This document shows positions 8,132-15,491 of a stretch of DNA of 40,265 nt, in pieces. Every line of letters begins with the position of its first letter. The first letter of the stretch is position 1. Below the pieces are notes generated by a model. The model saw nothing but the letters and a program-made list of their open reading frames with translations, did no database searches and had not been told where the DNA came from. The DNA is taken from the NCBI GenBank assembly GCA_016211995.1, contig JACRHU010000078.1:1-40265 (forward strand), in the 5' to 3' direction. A program made the translations under genes and the position numbers. The DNA is from Candidatus Pacearchaeota archaeon (GTDB taxonomy: Archaea > Nanobdellota > Nanobdellia > Pacearchaeales > DTIR01).

Positions 8132-8794
8132 TTAAAATCCACCAACGCCAGTTTGAAGTCCTGTTCCGCCTCGTAAACCGCCTTGAAGGCCACCTTGTTG
8201 CAACCCGCCTTGTAATCCATTGCCAAATCCTGTATTTCCTTGCTGACCTCCTTGAAATCCCTGTCCTTGTGTATTTCCATACCCTCCTGTGCCAAAACCT
8301 CCAGGAGTCGCAACTGGTCTTATTGCAGGGCTAGCTCCTAATGCAAAACCACCAAACCATTGCGAGACTTGAACTGCATCAAGATATTTTGGCTCAAACA
8401 AATGAAGCCTTCTTACAGGAGAATATGTTCTGTAAGAAGTAGGCAAGTAAACTCTCTGCTCTGGTTTAGCTTCTTTTTTAAAAACATGATATCCTTCTTC
8501 ATTCTTAGTATATTCAATATCTCTATACTTTAGAGTCCCTAGAATCTGCTCAAGTGTAACATCTTTCAGATCAGCTGTTACAGTTCCTTCTACATTTTCA
8601 TCAACGACTATTTTTTCTCCTAGATTATTTTCAAGTGTGGAGAAAAAATCCCTTATCTCAATATTTTTAACATAAAGAGACTCTATTTTCTTTGGTTTGT
8701 TTTCTGAACTAGCTTGTGCATAGAGAGGACTAGGAAAAAAGAAAAGTAATAAAGATGCTCCAAAAAATAGCTTAATTTTAGTGCTGAGTTTCAT
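8132..8794 (-). CDS. Secreted protein with a secretin-N/STN-like domain and a Gly/Gln-rich low-complexity C-terminal tail
   Basis: Signal peptide MKLSTKIKLFFGASLLLFFFPSPLYAQA. The IEIRDFFSTLENNLGEKIVVDENVEGTVTADLKDVTLEQILGTL pattern resembles secretin N0/STN domains. The tail is GGFGTGGYGNTQGQGFQGGQQGN...GVGGF. Confidence 0.65.
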   Translation of the reverse strand: MKLSTKIKLFFGASLLLFFFPSPLYAQASSENKPKKIESLYVKNIEIRDFFSTLENNLGEKIVVDENVEGTVTADLKDVTLEQILGTLKYRDIEYTKNEEGYHVFKKEAKPEQRVYLPTSYRTYSPVRRLHLFEPKYLDAVQVSQWFGGFALGASPAIRPVATPGGFGTGGYGNTQGQGFQGGQQGNTGFGNGLQGGLQQGGLQGGLRGGTGLQTGVGGF

Positions 8795-8800
8795 TTTGAA

Positions 8801-9385
8801 TTACCTTATAATTATAACTCTTGGTTCTTCAAAGTATCTATTAATGTCTACTGTGATAACCCTGCCTTCATGGATTATTTTTATTCTATGCTCCAAGAAA
8901 CTGTCTCTTCTTCCGCGGAATTCTGGTTGATAAGGTCGATATCTACCCTGTTGCTCTCTTATCTCTCTATCTCTCTCTGTCTTATAATCACTCTTTGGAA
9001 CTATTCTAACTCCTGGCACTTTGAAAGTCTCTGTTTCAACCCTTATCTCTGTTGGTTTTGGTTGGACCTCTTTTGGTTCAATTCTTCTTAGTTCTCCACT
9101 CTGCCCACGCAAACTGCCATCTCTTCCATAATCTCTTTCCATCCATTCTCTTCCATAATCTCTTTCCATCCAGGGTTGCCAGATATCATAGTTACTTGAA
9201 TAAAATACTTCTACTCTACCATCATAGTTTCTTCCTATGTCAAGTGTTGTAGAAATTTCAGTTCTATGTCTTCTAAATAAATTATCAAAAAGCCCTGCTT
9301 GGGCTTTATCAACCCCTGAAGCACTAACTCCTAGTAATACAACTGCTGCTAGTCCTGTATAAAGAACTTTCTTTAATGACACCAT
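8801..9385 (-). CDS. Secreted hypothetical protein with a tandem WMERDYGR(E/D) repeat
   Basis: Signal peptide MVSLKKVLYTGLAAVVLLGVSASGVDKAQA. A 25-nt unit is repeated with 27-nt period at 9121-9172. The protein is charged and R/E-rich. Confidence 0.6.
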   Translation of the reverse strand: MVSLKKVLYTGLAAVVLLGVSASGVDKAQAGLFDNLFRRHRTEISTTLDIGRNYDGRVEVFYSSNYDIWQPWMERDYGREWMERDYGRDGSLRGQSGELRRIEPKEVQPKPTEIRVETETFKVPGVRIVPKSDYKTERDREIREQQGRYRPYQPEFRGRRDSFLEHRIKIIHEGRVITVDINRYFEEPRVIIIR

Positions 9386-9421
9386 TTTATATATTATCTA
9401 TATACTTCAAAGTTTAAAAGT

Positions 9422-9700
9422 TTATCCTTTAAACCAGCTAACTATCCTTGCAAAGAATCCTTCTTTCTTTTCTTGTTTTTCCTCTTTTCTATCAACAATT
9501 AGCTGCGGCTTTGCTTGAAATTTCGGTGCATTTGCAGCCATTTGTTGCTGTGCCAGTGTAATTGCTCTTTCAATCTCGGTTCTATTTCTTCCTTGCTTGA
9601 CTAATGCCCATCTTAAAGTGTCTATTGTATATCCTTTACTTAGATTTCTCTTTACATAGTCAGCTAGTTGTTGTATATAGTCCTTCTCTCTAACCACCAT
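9422..9700 (-). CDS. Hypothetical small protein
   Basis: 92-aa ATG ORF with a helical N-domain (LSKGYTIDTLRWALVKQGRNRTEIERAI) and a K/E-rich tail. No family assigned. Confidence 0.5.
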   Translation of the reverse strand: MVVREKDYIQQLADYVKRNLSKGYTIDTLRWALVKQGRNRTEIERAITLAQQQMAANAPKFQAKPQLIVDRKEEKQEKKEGFFARIVSWFKG

Positions 9701-9790
9701 TTTATTTAAATTTATAATATACTCCTATTTAAAAAACTTTCTTATCTACCAAATAGAAAAAATTAAAAAGATGATTCAATAAAAAACCAT

Positions 9791-10117
9791 ATGGAAAATA
9801 AAGGATATAAAGATTTCTTCAAAAAAATGGCGAAAGAAGAACTGCCAAAATGCGATCCTATTCATGGATTTCATAAAGGGAAACTTCTTTTGAGTGAGTT
9901 TAATAAAGAAACAGGAGAATCCTTACGCTACTATCTTCATGGAGATGGTTCAGTGCATAAGCATGATTTAACTAATTCTATTTATACTGGAAAAGATTTA
10001 GGCGAGATAAGTAACCAAGAATATGATAAGATATTCAAGTTATATAATAAACAGAGAGAAGAAGAAAAATCTAGAAATTCATTGCCTCCTCCTACTCCCT
10101 TGATATTCAAAGATTAA
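9791..10117 (+). CDS. Hypothetical protein
   Basis: 108-aa ATG ORF, divergent from 9422-9700. No recognisable motif. Confidence 0.45.
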   Translation: MENKGYKDFFKKMAKEELPKCDPIHGFHKGKLLLSEFNKETGESLRYYLHGDGSVHKHDLTNSIYTGKDLGEISNQEYDKIFKLYNKQREEEKSRNSLPPPTPLIFKD

Positions 10118-10185
10118 ACTAAGGCTTTGCACATAAATGTATAGAAATTATTCAAAAGCTAATTATGTACAAAGATTAAACTAAG
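10108..10185. repeat. GCTTTGCACATAA-family inverted-repeat element flanked by a perfect 16-nt direct repeat that includes the stop codon of ORF 9791-10117
   Basis: CAAAGATTAAACTAAG occurs at 10108-10123 and 10170-10185. Between the two copies lie GCTTTGCACATAA ... TTATGTA(CAAAG). Confidence 0.65.
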
Positions 10186-10222
10186 AAAGATTTAAAAGTG
10201 ATTTATCCGTTCTCAAAATCAT

Positions 10223-10319
10223 GCCCGGATGGCCCAATGGTAAGGCGCAGGTTTGCTATCTGAGTGTGTGAATAACCTGTTTCCGAAAGGATATCTGGGT
10301 TCAATTCCCAGTCCGGGCG
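10223..10319 (+). tRNA. tRNA-Ser (GCU) with a 15-nt canonical (37/38) intron
   Basis: Acceptor GCCCGGA/TCCGGGC. Anticodon stem CAGGT/ACCTG with loop TTGCTA|intron 10259-10273|A. Long variable arm TTTCCGAAAGGATAT. T-arm CTGGG-TTCAATT-CCCAG. Discriminator G. Confidence 0.85.
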
Positions 10320-10331
10320 TATATCTATCAA

Positions 10332-11054
10332 ATGAAAAAAAGAGCAGAAAAAGAATTTAGACCTGCAACTCTTGATGAAAGAAAAGAATTCTATGAAAAA
10401 GAGTTTTCTATAGGCAAGGTTAAAAGCTGGTTTAAATCAAATGGAATGAAACTTCCGCAATTATGTGCACTAGATGCAGGAAGTGAAACAGGGATAATGC
10501 TCGATAAAAGATGGAAAAATACAATCTTTTACTTTCCATTTAGTGAATTGAAAGAAAAAATAAAAAAATATAATCCAGAGGACTTATATTATGATAGAAA
10601 TGTATACAAAAATCCAAAAAAAATTCTTAAAAAATTGCAATTTAATAAATGGATTAAACAAGAACTTGCTTTTGATATAGATTTAGATAATATTAAATGT
10701 AGATGCAAAAAGAAAAAAAGAGTATGTAGTAAATGCCTTAACAAGCTCTTTAAAATAACACAAAAAATGAAAAAAGAGCTCGAAAAAATAGGTTTCAAAA
10801 AATTAATATTAGTTTATTCTGGTAGAGGTTTTCATATACATGCCCTTGATGAAAAGGCTTATTCATTCAGCATTAAAGAAAGAAGAAACTTAAATAAAAA
10901 ATTTGCAAAATATCCTATAGACCCTTGGGTATCAAGAGGTTATATAAGACTAATGAGAATGCCTTATAGTTTACATGGGGTAGTTTCAAGGATGGTAATT
11001 CCTATTAAAAATAGCTTTCAGAAAGAAAAAACCATACCTAACTTTTTAAGTTAA
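10332..11054 (+). CDS. priS: Archaeo-eukaryotic primase small catalytic subunit-like protein (compact, 240 aa)
   Basis: AEP motifs are present: ELAFDIDLD (DxD), LVYSGRGFHIH (SGxGxH) and RLMRMPYSLHG. A Cys cluster CRCKKKKRVCSKC lies between motifs I and II. Confidence 0.75.
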   Translation: MKKRAEKEFRPATLDERKEFYEKEFSIGKVKSWFKSNGMKLPQLCALDAGSETGIMLDKRWKNTIFYFPFSELKEKIKKYNPEDLYYDRNVYKNPKKILKKLQFNKWIKQELAFDIDLDNIKCRCKKKKRVCSKCLNKLFKITQKMKKELEKIGFKKLILVYSGRGFHIHALDEKAYSFSIKERRNLNKKFAKYPIDPWVSRGYIRLMRMPYSLHGVVSRMVIPIKNSFQKEKTIPNFLS

Positions 11055-11163
11055 GCTTTCTTTGCCTTCTTCTTATAGTATTTCTTTTTCTTTTTTGCCT
11101 TTGCCATTTTACAAGCAAAATCACCTCAATTTATTTAATGAAAATGCATATTTAATATTTTCT

Positions 11164-11241
11164 ATTTACTAGGCTATGTGTAAAAATAGAGAGCATATAG
11201 ATATGATTTTAAGATAAATTTACACATAGCATATTTACTAG
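11164..11241. promoter_or_regulatory. 12-nt perfect inverted repeat flanked by 9-nt direct repeats, upstream of the receiver-domain gene
   Basis: GCTATGTGTAAA (11173-11184) pairs with TTTACACATAGC (11219-11230). ATTTACTAG occurs at 11164-11172 and 11233-11241. The half-site resembles the TTTGCACATA family motif but in the opposite relative orientation. Confidence 0.5.
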
Positions 11242-11273
11242 ACCATATAAAAATATAAATACCTGCTATATTA

Positions 11274-11762
11274 TTGAATTTTGTGAAAATCCTCGATAAC
11301 TTATTGAGCAGAAAAGATAAGGAGCCACCAAAATATGCAAATGAAGGCAGGGGAAAGAGAATTCTTGTTGTAGAAGATGAAAGAAATCTTATGAGACTTA
11401 TTGCAGAGGTGCATCTTAAAAGAAGAGGTTATGAAGTAAGATGTGCATATAATGGAAGAGATGCATTAAGAGAGATAGAAAAACAGATTCCTGATTTGAT
11501 TATAACAGATTTAAGGATGCCAATAATGTCTGGAGAAGAACTTGTTAAAAATATCAAGGCAAATCCAGACCAAAGGATAAATGAGATTCCAATAATAATG
11601 CTTACTGCCAAAGTGTCTGACAGCGAAGTTTTCAAAGGCTGGCAGGCAGGATGCTTCGCCTATCTTACCAAACCCTATAATCCCCTTGAATTGTTTAGGT
11701 TTATGCGGGAAGCTTTTCATCCCTCAGATATGTATGACACAGAGAAAACTTATGAAATTTAG
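11274..11762 (+). CDS. Stand-alone CheY-like response-regulator receiver domain
   Basis: KRILVVEDE...DLIITDLRMPIMSGEEL...IIMLTAK...YLTKPYNPLEL carries the acidic pocket, phospho-acceptor D, T and K. The start is uncertain (TTG 11274 or GTG 11283) and there is no in-frame ATG near the N-terminus. Confidence 0.8.
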   Translation: MNFVKILDNLLSRKDKEPPKYANEGRGKRILVVEDERNLMRLIAEVHLKRRGYEVRCAYNGRDALREIEKQIPDLIITDLRMPIMSGEELVKNIKANPDQRINEIPIIMLTAKVSDSEVFKGWQAGCFAYLTKPYNPLELFRFMREAFHPSDMYDTEKTYEI

Positions 11763-11808
11763 GTTTACATCTCAGAAAAAGCTAATCGTGTGCAAAGCTA
11801 GAAATTTA
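11754..11808. repeat. Degenerate copy of the GCTTTGCACA inverted-repeat element at the 3' end of the receiver gene
   Basis: GAAATTTA occurs at 11754-11761 (containing the TAG stop) and at 11801-11808. Left arm GGTTTACATCTCAGAAAAAGC resembles 8001-8022. Right arm is CGTGTGCAAAGC (11787-11798). Confidence 0.45.
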
Positions 11809-11940
11809 AGGGCGTGTCTAAAAATTCACTAATATACAGTCGGTATCTCCTAATTTTTGACCTCTGAATTCATGGATTTTAAATCAATTCCTTTACTGAT
11901 AATAAAATAAATTAAAAAGAGCTTATTTTTTAAACACGCT

Positions 11941-11968
11941 AGGAATTTAAAAAGCTTTTTAAATTCCT
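11941..11968. promoter_or_regulatory. Perfect 28-bp palindrome 17 nt upstream of ORF 11985
   Basis: AGGAATTTAAAAAGCTTTTTAAATTCCT is its own reverse complement. Confidence 0.55.
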
Positions 11969-11984
11969 TATTCTTTATTGAATT

Positions 11985-12227
11985 ATGACTGGATATACAG
12001 AAGTGTTCGGCGGACTTGGCTCATTACTTGGATTTATATTTAGTTTAGGATTTTCTATAAATGGTCAGAGGGGGCTTGATTTTATTTCTCAGACAGATTT
12101 ATTGACAAGCAATCCACAAATTTATCTTAAAGGCCTTTTTATATTCTTAACAGCAGTGGTTATCTGTGGTGGAATTGGAGCGATAGTTGGTGCAATTCTT
12201 GATGCAGCTAGCAGAAAGAATTATTAA
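11985..12227 (+). CDS. Small glycine-rich membrane protein (hypothetical)
   Basis: 80-aa ATG ORF with two hydrophobic Gly-zipper-like segments (GGLGSLLGFIFSLGF and LTAVVICGGIGAIVGAIL). Confidence 0.45.
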   Translation: MTGYTEVFGGLGSLLGFIFSLGFSINGQRGLDFISQTDLLTSNPQIYLKGLFIFLTAVVICGGIGAIVGAILDAASRKNY

Positions 12228-12234
12228 TTACTTA

Positions 12235-13134
12235 CTAGAGGTGTGATTCTTTTATACTGCAGATTTTTGCTGCATATGAACTTCCAGCATGACCGCATGC
12301 TTCAAGATTTGAACCTTTCAAGTATTCAGCTAAAAAACCAGCAGAATAAGCATCTCCTGCGCCATTTGTTCCTTGAACTTCGACTTTGTAGATTGGAATT
12401 ACAAATTTATTTTTTCCTTGCATTACAATAGAGCCCCTTTCGCCTTTTTTTAATATAGCAATAGGACATAATTCACTTATTTCATAATCAAGCTCTAAGG
12501 CCTCTTCTTCTGTTGCAAATAAAATGTGTGTGCTCTTCAAAATATCTTCAATATTCTCCCTTTGCCTTATGATAGCAGAAGGGTCTGAGAGATCAAAACT
12601 TAATTTTGCTCCAATAGTTTTTGCATATTCTAAAGTTTCCTTAACTCTTGAGGGATTTGTCATTAATTCATACCCAGATGTATGGAATATTTCTGCTTCT
12701 TTTAGTTGAAATAAATCAAAGTTATAACGGCCTGCAACACCCATTGCAGATATAGAAGTTTTTTCTCCATCTGGTGTAATAAAAAGATAGCATAAACCGC
12801 TTTCTCCCTTCTCAATATTTATTAATGAATTGATTCCTTTAGATTCAATTTCTTTTATATATTCTTCTCCATAAGAATCATCTCCTACTGTTCCAAACAA
12901 TGCTGTTGTCACACCAAGATTTGCAGCACCAATAATAACATTTCCTGTTGAACCTCCAGTTGCATGAACACAGGGTTTTTCTATGAGCTTTAAAAATTCT
13001 AAGTATGGAATATTTTCTTTTGAATTATGAAATCCTTTTTTTATACCAAGTCTGTTTAATTCAGAATAAGATACATTAATTATAATATCAGTTATTGCGT
13101 TTGTTAACCCTGCAATCTGAATCTTTTTTTCCAT
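12235..13134 (-). CDS. PfkB-family carbohydrate/nucleoside kinase (ribokinase-like)
   Basis: N-terminal GG motif (HATGGSTGNVIIGAANLG) and C-terminal PfkB signature GTNGAGDAYSAGFL. Confidence 0.85.
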   Translation of the reverse strand: MEKKIQIAGLTNAITDIIINVSYSELNRLGIKKGFHNSKENIPYLEFLKLIEKPCVHATGGSTGNVIIGAANLGVTTALFGTVGDDSYGEEYIKEIESKGINSLINIEKGESGLCYLFITPDGEKTSISAMGVAGRYNFDLFQLKEAEIFHTSGYELMTNPSRVKETLEYAKTIGAKLSFDLSDPSAIIRQRENIEDILKSTHILFATEEEALELDYEISELCPIAILKKGERGSIVMQGKNKFVIPIYKVEVQGTNGAGDAYSAGFLAEYLKGSNLEACGHAGSSYAAKICSIKESHL

Positions 13135-13146
13135 TTTCAGTTTATG

Positions 13147-13205
13147 AAAAAAACAGCTTTGCTGTTTTTAGCATCCTAAAAAAGCTTAATGTCAAGCTTT
13201 TTTTT
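13147..13205. repeat. Twin-hairpin intergenic element, copy 2
   Basis: Hairpin AAAAACAGC(13149-57)/GCTGTTTTT(13161-69), central AGCATCCT (13170-77), then hairpin AAAAAAGCTT(13178-87)/AAGCTTTTTT(13194-203). Confidence 0.6.
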
Positions 13206-13209
13206 GATA

Positions 13210-15480
13210 TCAGCTGTATTTTACTAAGATGCTCCCTAATTTATCCTTTATAGATTTTATGCTGCTGACTTTGTAGTATATTACTGCAGGATTTTTTGCT
13301 GCTAATACCTTAACTTGCTGCCCAAGGCTACTGCTTGATGCAACTTCAACAAATACAAACGCTGTATCTTTCTTTGAAGCAATATTCTGTATTGAGCTGT
13401 ATATTCTGTTATCTCCTGCAACCTCTCCGTCTGTTATTAAAGTGTATATTGTTTTTCCTTGTTTCAAATCCTTTTCTATTTTTTTAAAAACATCGCTATT
13501 AAGATAGGTTCCCCCGCATTGAGGCGAAAGAGAAACATCTTTAACCCTGTGCCTTTTTGCGTCATAAATACTAACAAGATCATCCAATCCACTGTATCTT
13601 GTCATGTCTGAAAAATCTACAATACCAAATTTTGGATGTTTTCCTAATTTTTTTGCTGTATTTACAAGACCTTTCATTAAGCCGTATTTAACTCTGTTTA
13701 AGATATCAAATTTATTGCCTGTTCCAACAAAAAAACCTCCAGTCATTGTGCCAGAAGAGTCTTGTAATAACACCCAGTTATCAGGAATCTCTATTCCTGT
13801 AAGTTGCGAAGAATAAGATTTCAATGGAGTTTCTTTAAGCTCATAATCATTAAATCTCCAATATCCATTTCCTATATCAACAAGAACAGGCAACCCTGTT
13901 TTCTGTTGAAAATCCATTATCTTTTTAACATTTAACTTATTTATTTCAGTGGAAGTAAGATTCAAAGAGCTTCTTAACTTCCAAACTTTTTTTGTTCCTA
14001 GCTCAAATGAAATATTCTCTTCAGAAGGATTTTTTAATTCAATCAAATCAGCATTCTGCTTGTAATATTCATCAGTAGCTATACTAGCTATGCTATTCAA
14101 AACACGTTTAGAAGGCATTCCTGCGCCTTTTCCTCCTCCACCATAGCTATCATAATCATCATAATTAGTTCCTTGTTGGATTACATCTTCAAGTAAATCA
14201 TCTCTCTCTTTGTCTGGTAGTTCTTCAAGTAAATCATCCATTGTCTGGGACATGCTATCTCCTTCCATCTCCTCATCGCTTTTGCCTTTTCCAGCTCCTT
14301 GACCTTCATCTTCTTCTCCTTCTTCACTCTCTTCTCCTTCTTCTTCACCTTGTCCTCCAGCCTGGCCTTCTCCAGATTCTCCTGAACCTTGCCCTGAACC
14401 AGAGCCAAAACTTGATGTATTGCTGTCAAAACTTCCCTGCTTTTCTCTTACTGAAATGTACTTTGAAATTGCTTTTACAAAACCTTTTATAGAATCGTAT
14501 CTTGAAAGTTGAGAATCAAATACTCTTGTCAAGGAAGCAACAAAATATTTTTGTATTCCTTCATATTTTAAATTGGAAAAATCTGTGATATCTGAAATTT
14601 TTTTAAGATATTCTTTTCTGTCAATTCCAAGCATCTTTAAATGCTCGTCTTTAACATCTGAGATAAATCCAGAATACATTTCTTTTAGAACATCAAGAGC
14701 AGCTAAATTGCTTAATTTTTTGCTATTTAAATCATCTAAAAAAATCTGTGCTGCATTTTTTCTAGCCTCTTCTGAATTAAAAGACATTGTTGAATATAAA
14801 AGTCCGACTAATGAAATAGGAACATCTGTTGTCCTGTTTGCTGCAGAGTTCATATAAACAATTGGTAAAATCCCAGAAGGATAATGCATTACTGGCTGAG
14901 ATTCAATTTCTCTGCCATTATCCTGGAAAATAAAGCTTATCTTCTGTTCAAGTGTTTCATTATTATATCCAGAAGTTTTTGAAATAAATGCTATGTTTAA
15001 AATAGCATCCCAGCAAAGGTTCTTTATATTGTTTGCCTTAAACATTGCCTGTGCCTTTGACAAGCTAGGCTCTGCCTCTTTTATGCCGTCATACAATGTT
15101 TTTGTAATCTTTCTTTCATCAAATCTGCTGTTAGGACAAAACCATGGGTGCAATTGCTCATGAAAATGCACAAAAAGAAATGTGTCATAGATAATATTTT
15201 TCAGCAGTTCTGAGTCGGAAATTTTATTCTTAACCCTATAGAGCTTTTGGCTAGCTATTTTGTAAGCAGGAACTATGGTATCTTCAAAATTTTTTTTAAG
15301 TTTAGCTTCATTATTTATATTAATAAAAATTCTTTTATTGTCTGTATAAGCATCAAAATCTGTTTTTGATTTTGGATTAGAACCATAATTAATCTCTTTA
15401 TCAGAATCTAAAGGCGTTGCTAATCTAACTATCTCTCTCCATGTTTTTCCTGATTCTAGCACTATATCTTTGGCTTTCAT
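13210..15480 (-). CDS. HExxH putative metallopeptidase domain, acidic low-complexity linker and C-terminal vWA-like domain (DUF2201-type MoxR partner)
   Basis: FVHFHEQLH is encoded at 15148-15162. The linker runs GSGSGQGSGESGEGQAGGQGEEEGEESEEGEEDEGQGAGKG.... The vWA MIDAS-like motif is VLLQDSSGTMTG, followed by LITDGEV. The gene lies immediately downstream of an AAA_5 ATPase. Confidence 0.7.
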   Translation of the reverse strand: MKAKDIVLESGKTWREIVRLATPLDSDKEINYGSNPKSKTDFDAYTDNKRIFININNEAKLKKNFEDTIVPAYKIASQKLYRVKNKISDSELLKNIIYDTFLFVHFHEQLHPWFCPNSRFDERKITKTLYDGIKEAEPSLSKAQAMFKANNIKNLCWDAILNIAFISKTSGYNNETLEQKISFIFQDNGREIESQPVMHYPSGILPIVYMNSAANRTTDVPISLVGLLYSTMSFNSEEARKNAAQIFLDDLNSKKLSNLAALDVLKEMYSGFISDVKDEHLKMLGIDRKEYLKKISDITDFSNLKYEGIQKYFVASLTRVFDSQLSRYDSIKGFVKAISKYISVREKQGSFDSNTSSFGSGSGQGSGESGEGQAGGQGEEEGEESEEGEEDEGQGAGKGKSDEEMEGDSMSQTMDDLLEELPDKERDDLLEDVIQQGTNYDDYDSYGGGGKGAGMPSKRVLNSIASIATDEYYKQNADLIELKNPSEENISFELGTKKVWKLRSSLNLTSTEINKLNVKKIMDFQQKTGLPVLVDIGNGYWRFNDYELKETPLKSYSSQLTGIEIPDNWVLLQDSSGTMTGGFFVGTGNKFDILNRVKYGLMKGLVNTAKKLGKHPKFGIVDFSDMTRYSGLDDLVSIYDAKRHRVKDVSLSPQCGGTYLNSDVFKKIEKDLKQGKTIYTLITDGEVAGDNRIYSSIQNIASKKDTAFVFVEVASSSSLGQQVKVLAAKNPAVIYYKVSSIKSIKDKLGSILVKYS

Positions 15481-15491
15481 TTTCCATTCTT

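Noticed and set aside
8083-8313. 76-aa minus-strand ORF overlapping the 3' end of the secreted-protein gene
   Set aside because: It is an alternative frame of the Gly/Gln-rich tail. It extends through the repeat element into intergenic sequence, and the signal-peptide-bearing frame is the coherent one.
8870-9252. Plus-strand ORFs 8870-9091 and 9052-9252
   Set aside because: They are antisense to the signal-peptide-bearing ORF 8801-9385 and have no features of their own.
11051-11107. 18-codon Lys-rich minus-strand ORF (MAKAKKKKKYYKKKAKKA) overlapping the priS stop
   Set aside because: It is too short and compositionally trivial in an A-rich region to support as a gene. It might be a tiny basic peptide or ribosomal-protein-like gene, but there is no evidence beyond the ATG...TAA.
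14181-14492. ORFs 14181-14429 (minus) and 14241-14492 (plus) inside the HExxH-vWA gene
   Set aside because: They are alternative-frame or antisense readings of the GAA/GAG-rich acidic linker (K-rich and L-rich translations), which is a compositional artefact.
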